Shown here one piece after another: positions 1 to 12,711 of a stretch of 64,000 bases of DNA. The DNA is from Mobula hypostoma (taxonomy: Eukaryota), in contig NW_026948140.1 in the NCBI RefSeq assembly GCF_963921235.1, forward strand, positions 248,001-312,000, read 5' to 3'. Numbering within the stretch: position 1 is the first letter of the stretch; each line of letters begins with the position of its first letter. The position numbers and the translations under genes are program-made. The notes under the pieces are model-generated. The model ran no database searches. It was not told the DNA's origin and saw only the letters and a program-made list of their open reading frames with translations.

Positions 1-230
1 AGCGCCTTAAAACTATAGCCTCTCGTGCTAGCCATTTCAGCCCTGGAAAAAAGCCTCTGACTATCCACACGATCAATGCTTCTCATTATCTTGTACACCT
101 CTATCAGGTCACCTCTCATCCTCCGTCGCTCCAAGCAGAAAAGGCCAAGTTCACTCAACCTATTCTCGTAAGGCATTCAGGCAACATCCTTGTAAACCTC
201 CCCTGCACCCTTTCTATGGTTTCCACGTCC
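1..230 (-). mobile_element. CR1 LINE ORF2 3' fragment (subfamily B), cut by window edge
   Basis: Matches other minus-strand CR1 3' parts in the window (8200-8400, 12480-12647) that encode MRGDLIEVYK...FPRAEMA. Confidence 0.8.
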
Positions 231-3200
231 TATGGTTGGGAGAGGTTTACGTGTGATGTACTGGGCTGAATCCACGATCTTTTGTAGTACAGTATTTTCC
301 ATGCAAAGACCATACCAGGCTGTGATGCAGCAAGTCAATACACTCTCTGCTATGCATCTCTAGAAGTCTGTCAAAGTTATTGATGTTATGCAAATCTCCA
401 TAGACTCCTGAGGAAGTAGAGGTGCTGTTGTGTTTTCATAGAACATAGAATAGTACAGCACAGTACAGGCCCTTCGGTCCACAATATTGTGCTGAACCTC
501 AAACCCTGCCTCCCATATAAGCCCCACCCCAACTTAAATGCCTCCATATACCTGTGTAGTAGTCTCTTAAGCTTCACCAGTGTATCTGCCTCCACCACTG
601 ACTCAGGCAGTGCATTCCTCGCACCAACCACTCTCTGAGTAAAAAACCTTCCTCTAATATCTCCCTTGAACTTCCCACCCCTTACCTGAAAGCCATGTCC
701 TCTTGTATTGAGCAGTGGTGCCCTGGGGAAGAGGTGCTGGCTATCCACTCTATCAATTCCTCTTATTATCTTGTACACCTCTATCATGTCTCCTCTCATC
801 CTCCTTCTCTCCAAAGAGTAAAGCCCTAGCTCCCTTAATCTCTGATCATAATGCATACTCTCTAAACCAGGCAGCATTCTGGTAAATCTCCTCTGTACCT
901 TTTCTAATGCTTCCACATCCTTCCTATAGTGAGGCGACCAGAACTGGACACAGTACTCCAAATGTGGCCTAACCAGAGTTTTATAGAGCTGCATCATTAC
1001 ATCGTGACTCTTAAACTCTATCCCTCGACTTATGAAAGCTAACACCCCATAAGCTTTCTTAACTACCCTATCTACCTGTGAGGCTACTTTCAGGAATCTG
1101 TGAACATGTACCCCGAGATCCCTCTGCTCCTCCACACTACCAAGTATCCTGCCATTTACTTTGTACTCTGCCTTGGAGTTTGTCCTTCAAAAGTGTACCA
1201 CCTCACACTTCTCCGGGTTGAACTCCATCTGCCACTTCTCAGCCCACTTCTGCATCCTATCAATGTCTCTCTGCAATCTTTGACAATCCTCTACACTATC
1301 TACAACACCACCAACCTGTGTCGTCTGCAAACTTGCCAGCCCACTCTTCTACCCCAACATCCAGGTCGTTAATAAAAATCACGAAAAGTAGAGGTCCCAG
1401 AACAGATCCTTGTGGGACATCACTAGTCACAATCCTCCACTCTGAATGTACTCCCTGCACCACCACCCTCTGCCTTCTGCAGGCAAGCCAATTCTGAATC
1501 CACCTGGCCAAACTTCCCTGGATCTCATGCCTTCTGACTTTCTGAATAAACTTACCATGTGGAACCTTGTCAAATGCCTTACTAAAATCCAGATAGATCA
1601 CATCCACTGCACTACCCTCATCTATGTGCCTGGTCACCTCCTCAAAGAACTCTATCAGGCTTGTCAGACAGGTTCTGCCCATCACAAAGCCATGCTGATT
1701 GTCCCTGATCAGACCAAGATTCTCTAAATGCCCAGAGATCCTATCTCTAAGAATCTTTTACAACAGCTTTCCCACCACAGACATAAGGCTCACTGGTCTA
1801 TAATTACCCAGACTATCCCTGCTACCTTTTTTGAACAAGGGGAAAACATTCGCCTCCCTCCAATCCTCCGGTACCATTCCCATGGACAACGAGGACATAA
1901 AGATCCTAGCCAGAGGCTCATCAATCTCTTCCCTCACCTCATGGAGCAGCCTGGAGAATATTCCATCTGGCCCCGGGGACTTATCTGTCCTAATGTATTT
2001 TAACAACTCCAACACCTCCTCTCCCTTAATATCAACATGCTCCAGAACATCAACCTCACTCATATTGTCCTCACCATCATCAAGTTCCCTCTCATTGGTG
2101 AATACTGAAGAGGAGTATTCATTGAGGACCTCGCTCACTTCCACAGCCTCCAGGCACATCTTCCCACCTTTATTGCTAATCGGTCCTACCTTCAGTCCTG
2201 TCATCCTTTTTTTCTTCACATAATTGAAGAATGCCTTGGGGTTTTCCTTTACCCTACTCACCAAGGCCTTCTCATGCCCCCTTCTTGCTCTTCTCAGCCC
2301 CTTCTTAAGCTCCTTTTTTGCTTCCCTATATTTCTCAATGGACCCATCTGATCCTTGCTTCCTAAACCTCATGTATGCTGCCTTCTTCCACCTGACTAGA
2401 TTTTCCACCTCACTTGTCACCCATGGTTCCTTCACCCTACTATTCTTTATTTTCCTCACCGGGACAAATTTATCCCTAACATCCTGCAAGAGATCTCTAA
2501 ACATCGAACACATGTCCATAGTACATTTCCCTGCAAAAACATCATCCTAGTTCACACCCGCAAGTTCTAGCCTTATAGCCTCATAATTTGCCCTTCTCCA
2601 ATTAAAAATTTTCCTGTCCTTTCTGATTCTATCCTTTTCCATGATAATGCTAAAGGCCAGGGAGCGGTGGTCACTGTCCCCCAGATGCTCACCCACTGGG
2701 AGATCTGTGATACTGTGACAGGAATCCATCCTGGACACACTTAACAAACTCTGCCCCATCTAAACCCTTGGAACTAATCAGGTGCCAATCATTATCAGGG
2801 AAGTTAAAGTCACCCATGATAAAAACCCTGTTATTTTTGCACCTTTCCAAAATCTGCCTCCCAATCTGCTCCTCTGTATCTCTGCTGCTACCAGGGGACC
2901 TATAGAATACCCCCAGTAGAGTAACTGCTCCCTTCCTGTTCCTGACTTCCACCCATACTGACTCAAAAGGGGATCCTGCTACATTACCCACCCTTTCTGT
3001 AGCTGTAATAGTATCCCTGTCCAGTAATGCCACCCCTCCTCCCCTTTTTCCCCCTCTCTATCCCTTTTAAAGCACTGAAATCCAGGGATATTGAGAATCC
3101 ATTCCTGCTCTGGTGCCAGCCAAGTCTCTGTAATGGCCATGACATCATAATTCCATGTATGTATCCAAGCTCTCAGTTCATCACCTTTGTTCCTGATGCT

Positions 3201-4765
3201 TCTTGCATTGAGGTACACACACTTCAGTCCTTCTACCTTACTGTCTTTACACCGTTTATTCTGCTTCTCTTTCCTCAAAGCCTCTCTATATGTTAGATCT
3301 GGCTTTACTCCAGGCATTTCTTTCACTGCTCTATTTCTCTAGGTCCCATCCCCCTTGCAAATTAGTTTAAACCCTCGCGAACCAGGCCAGCAAACCTACC
3401 TGCAAGGATATTGCTCCCCCTCAAGTTCAGGTGCAACCCATCCAATCTGTACAGGTCCCACCTTCCCCAGAAGAGATCCCAATGATCCAAAAATCTAAAA
3501 CCCTGCTCCCTGCACCAACTCCTCAGCCACGCATTCAACTGCCGTCTCCTCCAATTCTTACCATCACTGTCACGTATACTGGCAGCAATCCTGAGAGCGC
3601 CACCCTTGAGGTCCTGTTCTTCAGCCTTCTGCCTAGTTCCCGAAACTCACACTTCAGGACCTTATCCCTCTTCCTGCCTATGTCATTGGTCCCAACATGT
3701 ATCACGACTTCTGGTTGTTTTCCCTCGTACCAGGACGTCGTGCACCTGGTCAGAGACACCCCGGACCCTGGCACCCGGGAGGCAACAAACCATGCGGGTG
3801 TCCTTCTCACGTCCACAAAATCTCCTGTCTGCTTCCCTGACTATAGAGTCTCCAATGACGACAGCTCTCTCTTCTCCGTCCCACCCTTCTGCACCACCGG
3901 GTCAGACTCAGTGCCAGGGGTCCTGTCACCGTGGCTCACACCTGGTCGGTCGTCCCCGCCAACAGTATTTTTTTTGCAATTACATTTATATGATGGGTCC
4001 AGGACAGATCCTACGAGATATTAACACCCAGAAATTTAAAGTTACTGACGCACTCCACCTCTGATCCTCTGATGAGAACTCACTCATACACCTCTGGTTT
4101 CCCTCTCCTGAAGTCTATAATTAGTTCCGTGGTCTTGCTGATATTGAGTGAGAGGCTGTTGTTATGACACCACTCACCAAATTTTCAATCTTCCTCCTGT
4201 ATGCTGATACAGCCCACAACAGTGGTGTCATCAGCAAACCTGAATACGGTGTTCGAGCTGTGCTTAGCCAGTGGAGCAGGGGCTAAGCACACAGCCCTGA
4301 GGTGCACCTGTGCTGATGGAGATTGTGGAGGAGATTTTGCTAATCTCAACTGACTGGGGTCTGCAGGTGAAGATATCCAAGGTCCAATTGCACAAGGTTG
4401 TACTGAGGCCCAGGTCTTGGAGCTTACTGATTAGTTTTGAGGGGATGATGGTATTGAATGCTGAGCTGTAATCAATAAACAGCATTCTTTGCTGTCCAAA
4501 TCTTCCAGGGTTGTGTGAAGAGCGAGTGAAATGGCATGTGCTGTGGACCTGTTGCTCTGGTAGGCAAATTGAAGTGGATCCAAGTCCTGACTCAGACAGG
4601 AGCCGATATGTTTCATTACCAGCCTCTCAAAACACTTCATCACTGTAGATATAAGTGCAACTGGTTGATAGTTCTTGGGAAAGTCACCACGCTTTTTTTG
4701 GGTACTGGTATGATTGAAGCCTGCTTGAAGCAGGTGGGTACCACACAATGCCAAATCAAGAGGAG
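231..4765 (-). mobile_element. Rex1/Babar-type LINE RT fragment in two parts (231-437 and 3968-4765), split by a CR1 insertion
   Basis: Minus-strand peptides [41 protein letters not shown] and FKFLGVNIS*DLSWTHHINVIAKK; the reading continues across the CR1 as QQHLYFLRSL. The same motifs occur in the Rex1 copy at 42438-43670. Confidence 0.85.
438..3968 (-). mobile_element. CR1 LINE subfamily A, truncated within ORF1, frameshifted
   Basis: ORFs 386-1135, 1296-1685, 1758-2519 and 2979-3326 give APE (CVYLNARSIRNK, MGDFNFP) and RT ([23 protein letters not shown]); esterase remnant VVIHVGTND; (atagaac)n tail at 438. Confidence 0.95.
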
Positions 4766-4767
4766 AA

Positions 4768-5324
4768 GATAGAAACATAGAAACATAGAAAATAGGTGCA
4801 GGAGTAGGCCATTCGGCCCCTCGAGCCTGCACCGCCATTTATTATGATCATGGCTGATCATCCAACTCAGAACCCAGCCTTCCCTCCATACCCCCTGACC
4901 CCTGTAGCCACAAGGGCCATATCTAACTCCCTCTTAAACATAGCCAATGAACTGGCCTCAACAGTTTGCTGTGGCAGAGAATTCCACAGATTCACCACTC
5001 TCTGTGTGAAGAAGTTTTTCCTAATCTCGGTCCTAAAAGGCTTCCCCTCTATCCTCAAACTGTGACCCCTCGTTCTGGACCTCCCCAACATCGGGAACAA
5101 TCTTCCCGCATCTAGCCTGTCCAATCCCTTTAGGATCTTATACGTTTCAATCAGATCCCCCCTCAATCTTCTAAATTCCAACGAGTACAAGCCCAGTTCA
5201 TCCAGTCTTTCTTCATATGAAAGACCTGCCATCCCAGGAATCAATCTGGTGAACCTTCTTTGTACTCCCTCTATGGCAAAGATGTCTTTCCTCAGATTAG
5301 GAGACCAAAACTGCACACAATACT
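4768..5324 (-). mobile_element. CR1 subfamily C 3' fragment (young)
   Basis: ORF 4867-5316 is nearly identical to the C-terminus of ORF 14709-16382; (atagaaac)n tail. Confidence 0.95.
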
Positions 5325-5956
5325 ATACAAATCTTTAGTATTCAACCATTGTCGGGAGTAGGCCAGTGGCGAGAGTAGAAGCAACAGTCTTTGGCTCAAA
5401 AAAGGCTTTGGCCCAGAAGAGGTGTCAGCTCTCTAAAGTGTCTGTTAAGGTTTCCTTTTTTTTTTCATTTTCCTCTCTTACTGTACCATTTAAATGGCGG
5501 TGGTATGCTCTTCGTGCTGGATGTTGGAGAACTGGGAGACCCAGAGTCTCCTGGGAAACTACATCTGCATGAAGGTCATCCGGCTGCAGCTCCTTGAAGA
5601 CCGTGTTAGGGATCTGGAGCAGCAACTGGTTGACCTTCGGCTTGTACAGGAGAGTGAGGAGATAATCAGAGTTACAGGGAAGTAGTCACCTCGAAGTTGC
5701 AGGAGGTGAGTAGCTGGCTGACTGTCAGGAGAAATAGAAATAGCTCGAGCAGAGACCCCTGTGGCCATTCCCTTCAAATACAAGTATACCGCTTTGGATA
5801 CTTTGTGGGGGATGACCTCCTGGGGGAATGCCGTGATGACCGGGTTTCAGGGACTGAGCATGGGTCTGTGGTGCAGAAGGGAAAGAGAGAGAAGAAGGGA
5901 GCAGTAGTGATAGGGGACTCGATAGTGAAGAGAACAGACAGGAGATTCTGTGGCAT

Positions 5957-5978
5957 ACCCTAATCCTAACCCTAACCC
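5957..5978 (-). repeat. Short interstitial telomeric-type repeat, ~3.5 units of (TTAGGG)
   Basis: Plus strand reads a-ccctaa-tcctaa-ccctaa-ccc inside CR1 ORF1, where sister copies encode REKDT. Confidence 0.7.
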
Positions 5979-8406
5979 GGTTGGTATGTTGCCTCCCAGG
6001 TACCAGGGTCAAGGATATCTCAGATCACGTCCACAACATTTTGGACAGGGAGAGAGAACAGCCAGATGTCTTGGTACATATTGGTACCAATGACATAGGA
6101 AGGAAGAGCAAAGAGGTCCTGAAAAAAGAATTTAGAGAGCCACGTAGAAAGCTGAGAAGCAGGACCTCCCGGGCAGTAACTTCTGGATTGGTGTCTGTGC
6201 CACATGCCAGTGAGGGTAGAAGCAGGATAATTTGGCAAAAGGAATTGCTCTAAAGGAAATAGATCCATACGTTACAGAGTACTCTTCACTCTTTGATGTC
6301 AAAAATCTCACAACCTCATTGTGACTAGAAACACGATCATTTGACAAAGTAATGTGTGGCTGACAAGCTGGTGCAGGGGGCAGGGCTTCAGGTTCTTGGA
6401 TCTTTGGGATCTCTTCTGGAGGAGGTATGACCTGTTCAAAAGTGACTGGTTGCACCTAAACCTGAGGGGAAAGAATATTCTTGTGGGCAGGTTTATTAGA
6501 GCCTTTGGGGAGGGCTTAAACTAATTTGGCAGGGGTGGGAACTGGAGTGAACAGACTCAGGATAGGACAGATGGTAAAAGAGTAAAGATAGCGTGCAGAC
6601 AGACTGTTAGGTAGGGCAGGCAGGTAATGGGACTTAGCTGCAGCCAACAGGCTGTGTATCAAATCATTAGGGATGCAGAGTCAGAAAGGACAGCAAATAT
6701 GGTACTCAAGTGTTGTATCTAAATATGCGTAGCGTAAGAAATAAGGTGAATGATCTTGTTGCACTATTACAGATTGCCAAGTATGATATGGTCATCTCTG
6801 AATCGTGGTTGAAGGATAGTTGTAGTTGGGAGATAAATGTCCAAGGTTACACATTATATTGGAGAGATAGGGAGGTAGGCAGAGGGGGTGGTGTGGCTCT
6901 ATTGGTGAAGAAGGACATCAAATCAGTAGAAAAATGTGACTCAGGATCGGAAGATGTTGAATCCTCGTGGGTTGAGTTAAGAAACTGCAAGGGTAAAAGG
7001 ACCTTGATGGCGAGTCAAAAGGGCAATGTTATGGTAGTCAGGGGAGATTTTAACATGCAGGTCGATTGGGAAAATCAGGTTGGTAATGGATCTCAAGAGA
7101 GTGAATTTGTTGAATGCCTAAGAGATGGCTTTTTTTGAGCAGTTTGTTGTTGAGCCTACTAGGGGATCAGCTATACTGGATTAGTTGTTATGCAATGAAC
7201 CGGAGGCGATTAGGGAGCTTAAGGTAAAAGAACCCTTAGGAACCAGTGATCACAATATGATTATGTTCAATTTGAAATTTGATAGGGGGAAAGTAAAGTC
7301 TGATGTAGCAGTGTTTCAGTGGAGTAAGGGAAATTACAGTGGTATGAGAGAGGAGTTGGCCGAAGTATATTGGAAGGAGCTGCTGGCTGGGATGTCAGCT
7401 GAGCAGCAATGGCGTGAGTTTCTGGGAAAAATGAGGAAGGTGCAGGACATGTGTATTCCAAAAATGAAGAAATACTCAAATGGTAAAATAGTACAACCGT
7501 GGCTGACAAGGGAAGTCAAAGCTGTTGTAAAAGCAAAAGAAAGGGCATACAACAAAGCAAAAATTACTGGGAAGATAGAGGAATGGGAAGTTTTTAAAAA
7601 TCTACAGAGACCAACTAAAAATCATTAAAAGGGAAAAGATGAAATATGAAAGCAACCTGGTAAATATTAGCTTAGTGGATAGTTAAAGTTTATCAAGTTA
7701 TGTTAAAAATAAAAGAGAAATGAGAGTGGATATAGGACCGCTAGAAAATGAGGCAGGAGCAATAATAATAGGGGAAAAGGAGATGGCAGAACAACCAAAT
7801 GAATATTTTGCATCAGTCTTCACTGTGAAAGACACTAGCATTTTGCCTGATGTTGTAGTGTGTGAAGGAAGAGAAGTGGGTGCAGTTACTATTACAAGAG
7901 AGAAGGCGCTCAAAAATTTGAAAGACCTAAAGGTACATAAGTCACCTGGACCAGATGAACTAGAAACGTAGAAAACCTACAGCACAATACAGCTCCTTGG
8001 CCCACAAAGCTATGCTCAACATGTACTTACTTTAGAAATTTCCTAGGGTTACCCATAGCCCTCTATTTTTCTGAGCTCCATGTACCTATCCGAGCCTCTT
8101 AAAAAACCCTATTGTATCCGCCTCCAACGTCGTCACCAGCAGCCCATTCCACACACTCACCACTCTCAGCATAAAAAACCTACCCCTGACATCTCCTCTG
8201 TACTTACTTCCAAGCACCTTAAAACTGTGCCCTCTCATGCTAGCCATTTCAGCCCTGGGAAAAAGCCCCTGACTATCCACACGATTAATGCCTCTCATCG
8301 TCTTATACTCCTCTATCAGGTTACCTCTCACCCTCCACTGCTTCAAGGAGAAAAGGCCAAGTTCATTCAACCTATTCTCATAAGGCATGCTCCCCAATTC
8401 AGGCAA

Positions 8407-8925
8407 TAGTCATAGTCATACTTTATTGATCCTGGGGGAAATTGGTTTTCATTACAGTTGCACAATAATAAATAGTAATAGAAATAATAATAGTAATACT
8501 ACTATTAGTAAATAGTAATAGTCATGGAAATAATAAATAGTAATAGACTAGTAATAGAAAAATAGTAATAAATAGTTAAATAGTCATATGTAAATTATGC
8601 TAGTAAATTATGAAATAAGTCCAGGACCAGCCTATTGGCTCAGGATGTCTGACCCTCCAAGGGAGGAGTTGTAAAATTTGATGGCCACAGGCAGGAATGA
8701 CTTCCTATGACGTTCTGTGCTGCATCTCAGTGGAATGAGTCTCTGGCTGAATGTACTCCTGTGCCCACCCAGTACATTATGTAGTGGATGGGAGACATTG
8801 ACCAAGGTGGCATGCAACTTAAGACAGCATCCTCTTTTCAGACACCACCGTGAGAGAGACCAGTTCCATCCCCACAACATCACTGGCCTTACGAATGAGT
8901 TTGTTGATTCTGTTGGTGTCTGCTA
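8407..8925 (-). mobile_element. Rex1/Babar-like 3' end with (tgacta)n tail
   Basis: C-terminal peptide SHPLHNVL...TERHRKSFLPVAIKFYN; minus-strand aataaa followed by tatgactatgacta; AT-rich (aatagt)n tract at 8465-8600. Confidence 0.75.
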
Positions 8926-9127
8926 CCCTTGTAAATCCTTGTAAATCTCCTCTGCACCCTTTCTATAGTTTCCACAACCTTCCTGTAGTAAGGGGAACAG
9001 AACTGAGCACAGTACTCCAAGTGGGGCCTGACCAGCATCCTATATAGCCAATGCATCGTATGCCTTCTTAACCACAGAGTCAAACTGCGCAGCAGATTTG
9101 AGTGTCCTATGGACTTGGACCCCAAGA

Positions 9128-9790
9128 TTAGATTAGATTAGATTATGAGGACACACAGTCCTCTTTTGTTGTCATTTAGTAATACATGCATTAAGAAATG
9201 ATACAATGTTCCTCCAAGATGATATCACAGAAACACAAGACAAACCAAGACTGAAAAACTGACAAAAACCACATAATTATAACATATAGTTACAACAGTG
9301 CAAAGCACTACTGTAATTTGATAAAGAACAGACCATGGGCACGGTAAAAAAAAAAGTCTCAAAGTCTCTCGAAAGTCCCATCTCATGAGGACAGTAGAAG
9401 GAAGAAAAACTCTCTCTGCCATGAGCTTCCAGCGCCACAAATTTGCTGATGCAGCACCCTGGAAGCACCCGACCACAGCCTACTCTTGAGTCCGTCCGAA
9501 AACTTCGAGCCTCCGACCGGCCCTCCAACACCGAGCACCATCTCTGCCGCGCGCTTCGACCCCGGCCCTGGCAACAGGCAATAGGCAAAGACGAGCATTT
9601 GGGGCCTTCCTCTCCAGAGATTCTGGACCACACAGTAGCAGCGGCAGCAAAGCGGGCATTTCAGAAGTTTCTCCAGATGTTCCTCTGTGCTTCTCACGTC
9701 TGTCTCCATCAAATCAGGTACCTACTTACAAATACGATATCATTTCGGAGCGGCTGCGCACGCTGCGTCGCCCTGTCATCTTCTCCTCCC
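9128..9790 (-). mobile_element. Non-coding ~0.66 kb retroposon (SINE-like), copy 1, (taatc)n tail
   Basis: Reverse complement aligns along most of its length with 11037-11720; tail reads (ttaga)n on plus; interrupts a CR1 that resumes on both sides. Confidence 0.85.
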
Positions 9791-11011
9791 CTCCTCCAAT
9801 CCTTGACACTGTCAAGAGTCTTACCATTAATACTATATTCTGTTATCATATTTGACCTACCAAAATGAACCACCTGACATTTATCTGGGTGATAACTGCA
9901 CCCAAGGGTTCTAAAAAAGATAGTATTACAGATCGTGGTGGCATTAGAAATGATCCTTCAAAAATCATTGGACTCTGGCATGGTGCCAGTGAACTGGAAA
10001 ATTGCAAATGTCACTCCACTCTTTAAGAAAGGAGGAAGGCAGCAGAAAAGAAATTATAGACGAGTTAGCCTGACCTCAGTGGTTGGGAAGATGTTGGAGT
10101 CAATTGTTAAGGATGAGGTGATGGAATATTTGGTGACGCAGGACAAGATAGTACAAAGTTATCATGGTTTCCTTCAGGAAAAATCCTGCCTGACGAACCT
10201 GTTGGAATTCTTTGAGGAGTTTACAAGTAGGATAGATAAAGTGGATAGATGCAGTGGATGTTGTATATTTGGACTTTCAGAAGGCCTTTGACAAGGTGAT
10301 ACACATGAGGCTGCTTACCAAGTTAAGAGCCCATGGTATTACAGGAAAGTTACTAAAATGGTTAGAGCATTGGCTGATTGGTAAGAGGCAGTGAGTGGGA
10401 ATAAAAGGATCCTTTTCTGTTTGGCTACCAGTGACTAATGGTGTTCCGCAGGGGTCGGTGTTGGGACCGCTTCTTTAAATGCTGTACATAAATAACTTAG
10501 ATGAGGAAATAAATGGCTTTGTTGCCAAGTTTACAGATGATATAAAGATTGGTGGAGGGGCAGGTAGTGTTGAGGAAACAGGTAGGATTGAGAAGGACTT
10601 AGACAGATTAGCAGAATGGGCAAGAAAGTGGCAAATGAAATACAAAACTGGAAAATGCATGGTAATGCACTTTGGTAGTAGAAATATATGTGCAGACTAT
10701 TTTCTAAATAGGGAGAAACTCCAAAAATCTGGGATACAAAGGGACTTGGGAGTCCTTGTGCAGAACACCCTAAAGGCTAACTTGTAGGTTGAGCCGGTGT
10801 TGAGGAAGGCAAATGCAATGTTAGAATTCATTTCAAGAGGTCTAGAATACAAGAGCAAGGATGTGACGCTATGGCTTTTTAAGACACTGGTGAGGCCTCA
10901 CCTTGAGTATTGTGAACTGCTTTGGGCCCCTCATCTTAGAAAAGATGTGAAGCATTGGAGGGGGTCCAGAGGAGGTTCATAAAGATGATTCCAGCAATGA
11001 AAGGGTTATCT

Positions 11012-11720
11012 TTCATTGGAGAGGATTGGAGCGTTGGAGAGGAGAAGATGGCCGCGCAACACAGCTCGCAGTGGCCACTCTGGTGGTGATGTCTGTTATT
11101 TGTCAAGCAGGGAGCTCTGTACAATCCTGATTTGATGGAGACGGATGTGAGAGCACAGAGGAACATCTGGTGAAACTTCTGAAATGCCTGCTTCGCTGCT
11201 GCTGCTACTGAGTGGTCCGAAATCTCCGAAGGCGAAGGCCCCGAGTCCTCGACTTTGCTTGTTGCTCGGCAGCCGGGGCGGGGTCGAAGCGCTTGGCAGA
11301 GGATGGTGCTCAGAGAGGCTGTGTTGGAAGGGCTGGTAGGAGGCTCGAAGTTTTCGGACGGACTCAGAGTCTACTGCGGTCAGGTGCTTCCAATGGTGCT
11401 GCATCGGCAAGTTTGCGGCGCTTGGAGGTTCATGGCAGGGAGAGTTTCTCCCTTCTACCGCCTGCGTGAGTGATGAGTCTATCGGGACTTGAGACTTTTT
11501 TTTTACCGTGCCCGTGGTCTGCTCTTTATCAAGTTATGGTACTGCTTTGCACTGTTGTAACTATATGTTATAATCATGTGATTTTGTAAGTTTTAGTCTT
11601 GGTTTGTCCTGTGTTTTTTTTTCATTCTGGAGGAATGTTGTATCATTTTTTTTAATACATGCATTTCTAAATGACAATAAATGAGGCCTGAGTGTCCTCA
11701 TAATCTAATCTAATCTAATC
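11012..11720 (+). mobile_element. Non-coding ~0.7 kb retroposon (SINE-like), copy 2
   Basis: Starts near ggagaagatggc; CpG-rich body; ends aaatgacaataaa, hairpin, (taatc)4. Splits the CR1 codons GLS|YKVRLM. Confidence 0.85.
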
Positions 11721-12244
11721 TTACAAGGTACGTTTGATGGCTCTGGGAATCGCTGGATTGCTGGAATTCAGAAGGATGAGGGGTATTCTTGTTGAAACCT
11801 TTGGAATGTTGAAAGGTACAGACAGAGTAGATGTGGAAAGGTTGTTTCCCATTGTGGGAGAGTCTAGGACAAGAGGACACAGCATCAGGAAAGAGGGGTG
11901 CCCTTTCAAAATAAAGACGCAGAGAACTTTCTTTAGCCAAAGGGTGGTGAGTTAGTGGAATTTCTTGCCACATGCAGCTGTAGCCAGGTCTTTGGGTGTA
12001 TTTAAGGCAGAGATTAATAGGTTCTTGATTGGACATGGCATTAAAGGTTATGGAGAGAAGGCCGGGAACTGGGATTGAGGTGGAAAAAAAAAGGATCAGC
12101 CATGATTGAATGGCGGAGCAGACTCGATGGGCCAGATGGCCTAATTCTGCTCCTATAGCTTCCGGTCTTATGGTCCTTTTCCCTGTCTGGACCAGATGCT
12201 TTCATTGCATTCACCCTCCTGAAGGCAGCTTCAGATACTTAAAA

Positions 12245-12647
12245 TATAGAAATCTACTGCACATTACAGGTCCTCCGGCCCACAATGTTGTGCCGACCAT
12301 GTGACCTGCTCTAGAAACTGCCTAGAATTTCGCTATCACATTGCCTTCTATTTTTCGAAGTTCCATCTACCTATGCAGGAGTCTTATATTCGCCTGCACC
12401 ACCTTAGCTGGCAGTACATTCCACACACACAGCACCTTCTGAGTGAAAAACTTACCTTTGACATCCCCCTTGTTCCAGCTTCCAAGCACCTTAAAACTGT
12501 GCCTTCTCGTGCTAGCCATTTCAGCCCTCGGAAAAAGTCTCTGGCTATCCACACAATCAATGCCTCTCATCATCTTATACACCTCTATCAGGTCACCTCT
12601 CATCCTCTGTCACTCCGAGGAGAATAGGCTAAGTTCACTCAACCTAT
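12245..12647 (-). mobile_element. CR1 subfamily B 3' fragment
   Basis: ORF 12367-12603 MRGDLIEVYKMMRGIDCVDSQRLFPRAEMA. Confidence 0.85.
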
Positions 12648-12711
12648 GGCTGTACTTTTTTTCCATAGGTGCTGCCTGGCCTGCTGAGTTCCTCCAGCGA
12701 TTTGTGTGTTG
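12648..12711 (+). mobile_element. Penelope terminal-repeat fragment (type 2)
   Basis: ctgtactttttttccataggtgctgcctggcctgctgagttcctccagc matches 25149-25196 and 22574-22619. Confidence 0.75.

Larger units (their letters stand above)
7961..9892 (-). mobile_element. CR1 subfamily B 3' portion, interrupted at 8407-8925 and 9128-9790
   Basis: ORFs 8086-8406 and 8889-9125 ([12 protein letters not shown]); tagaaac tail; host CR1 resumes afterwards with aact shared at both junctions. Confidence 0.85.
5330..12176 (+). mobile_element. Older near-full-length CR1, host to insertions at 7961-9892 and 11012-11720
   Basis: ORF1 zinc finger (AVVCSSC), esterase (VIGDSIV, VHIGTND), APE (YLNMRSVRNK). KSPGPDEL at 7960 resumes as HPRVLK at ~9897. 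RT fragments at 9935-10982; 3' end near 12170. Confidence 0.88.

Noticed and set aside
386..1135. CR1 RT with a Rex1-like C-terminal extension (QQHLYFLR)
   Set aside because: Chance read-through from a frameshifted CR1 end into the Rex1 host it interrupted.
9225..9868. ORFs within the TAATC-tailed element
   Set aside because: Frames are not preserved between the two copies and show no recognisable domain.
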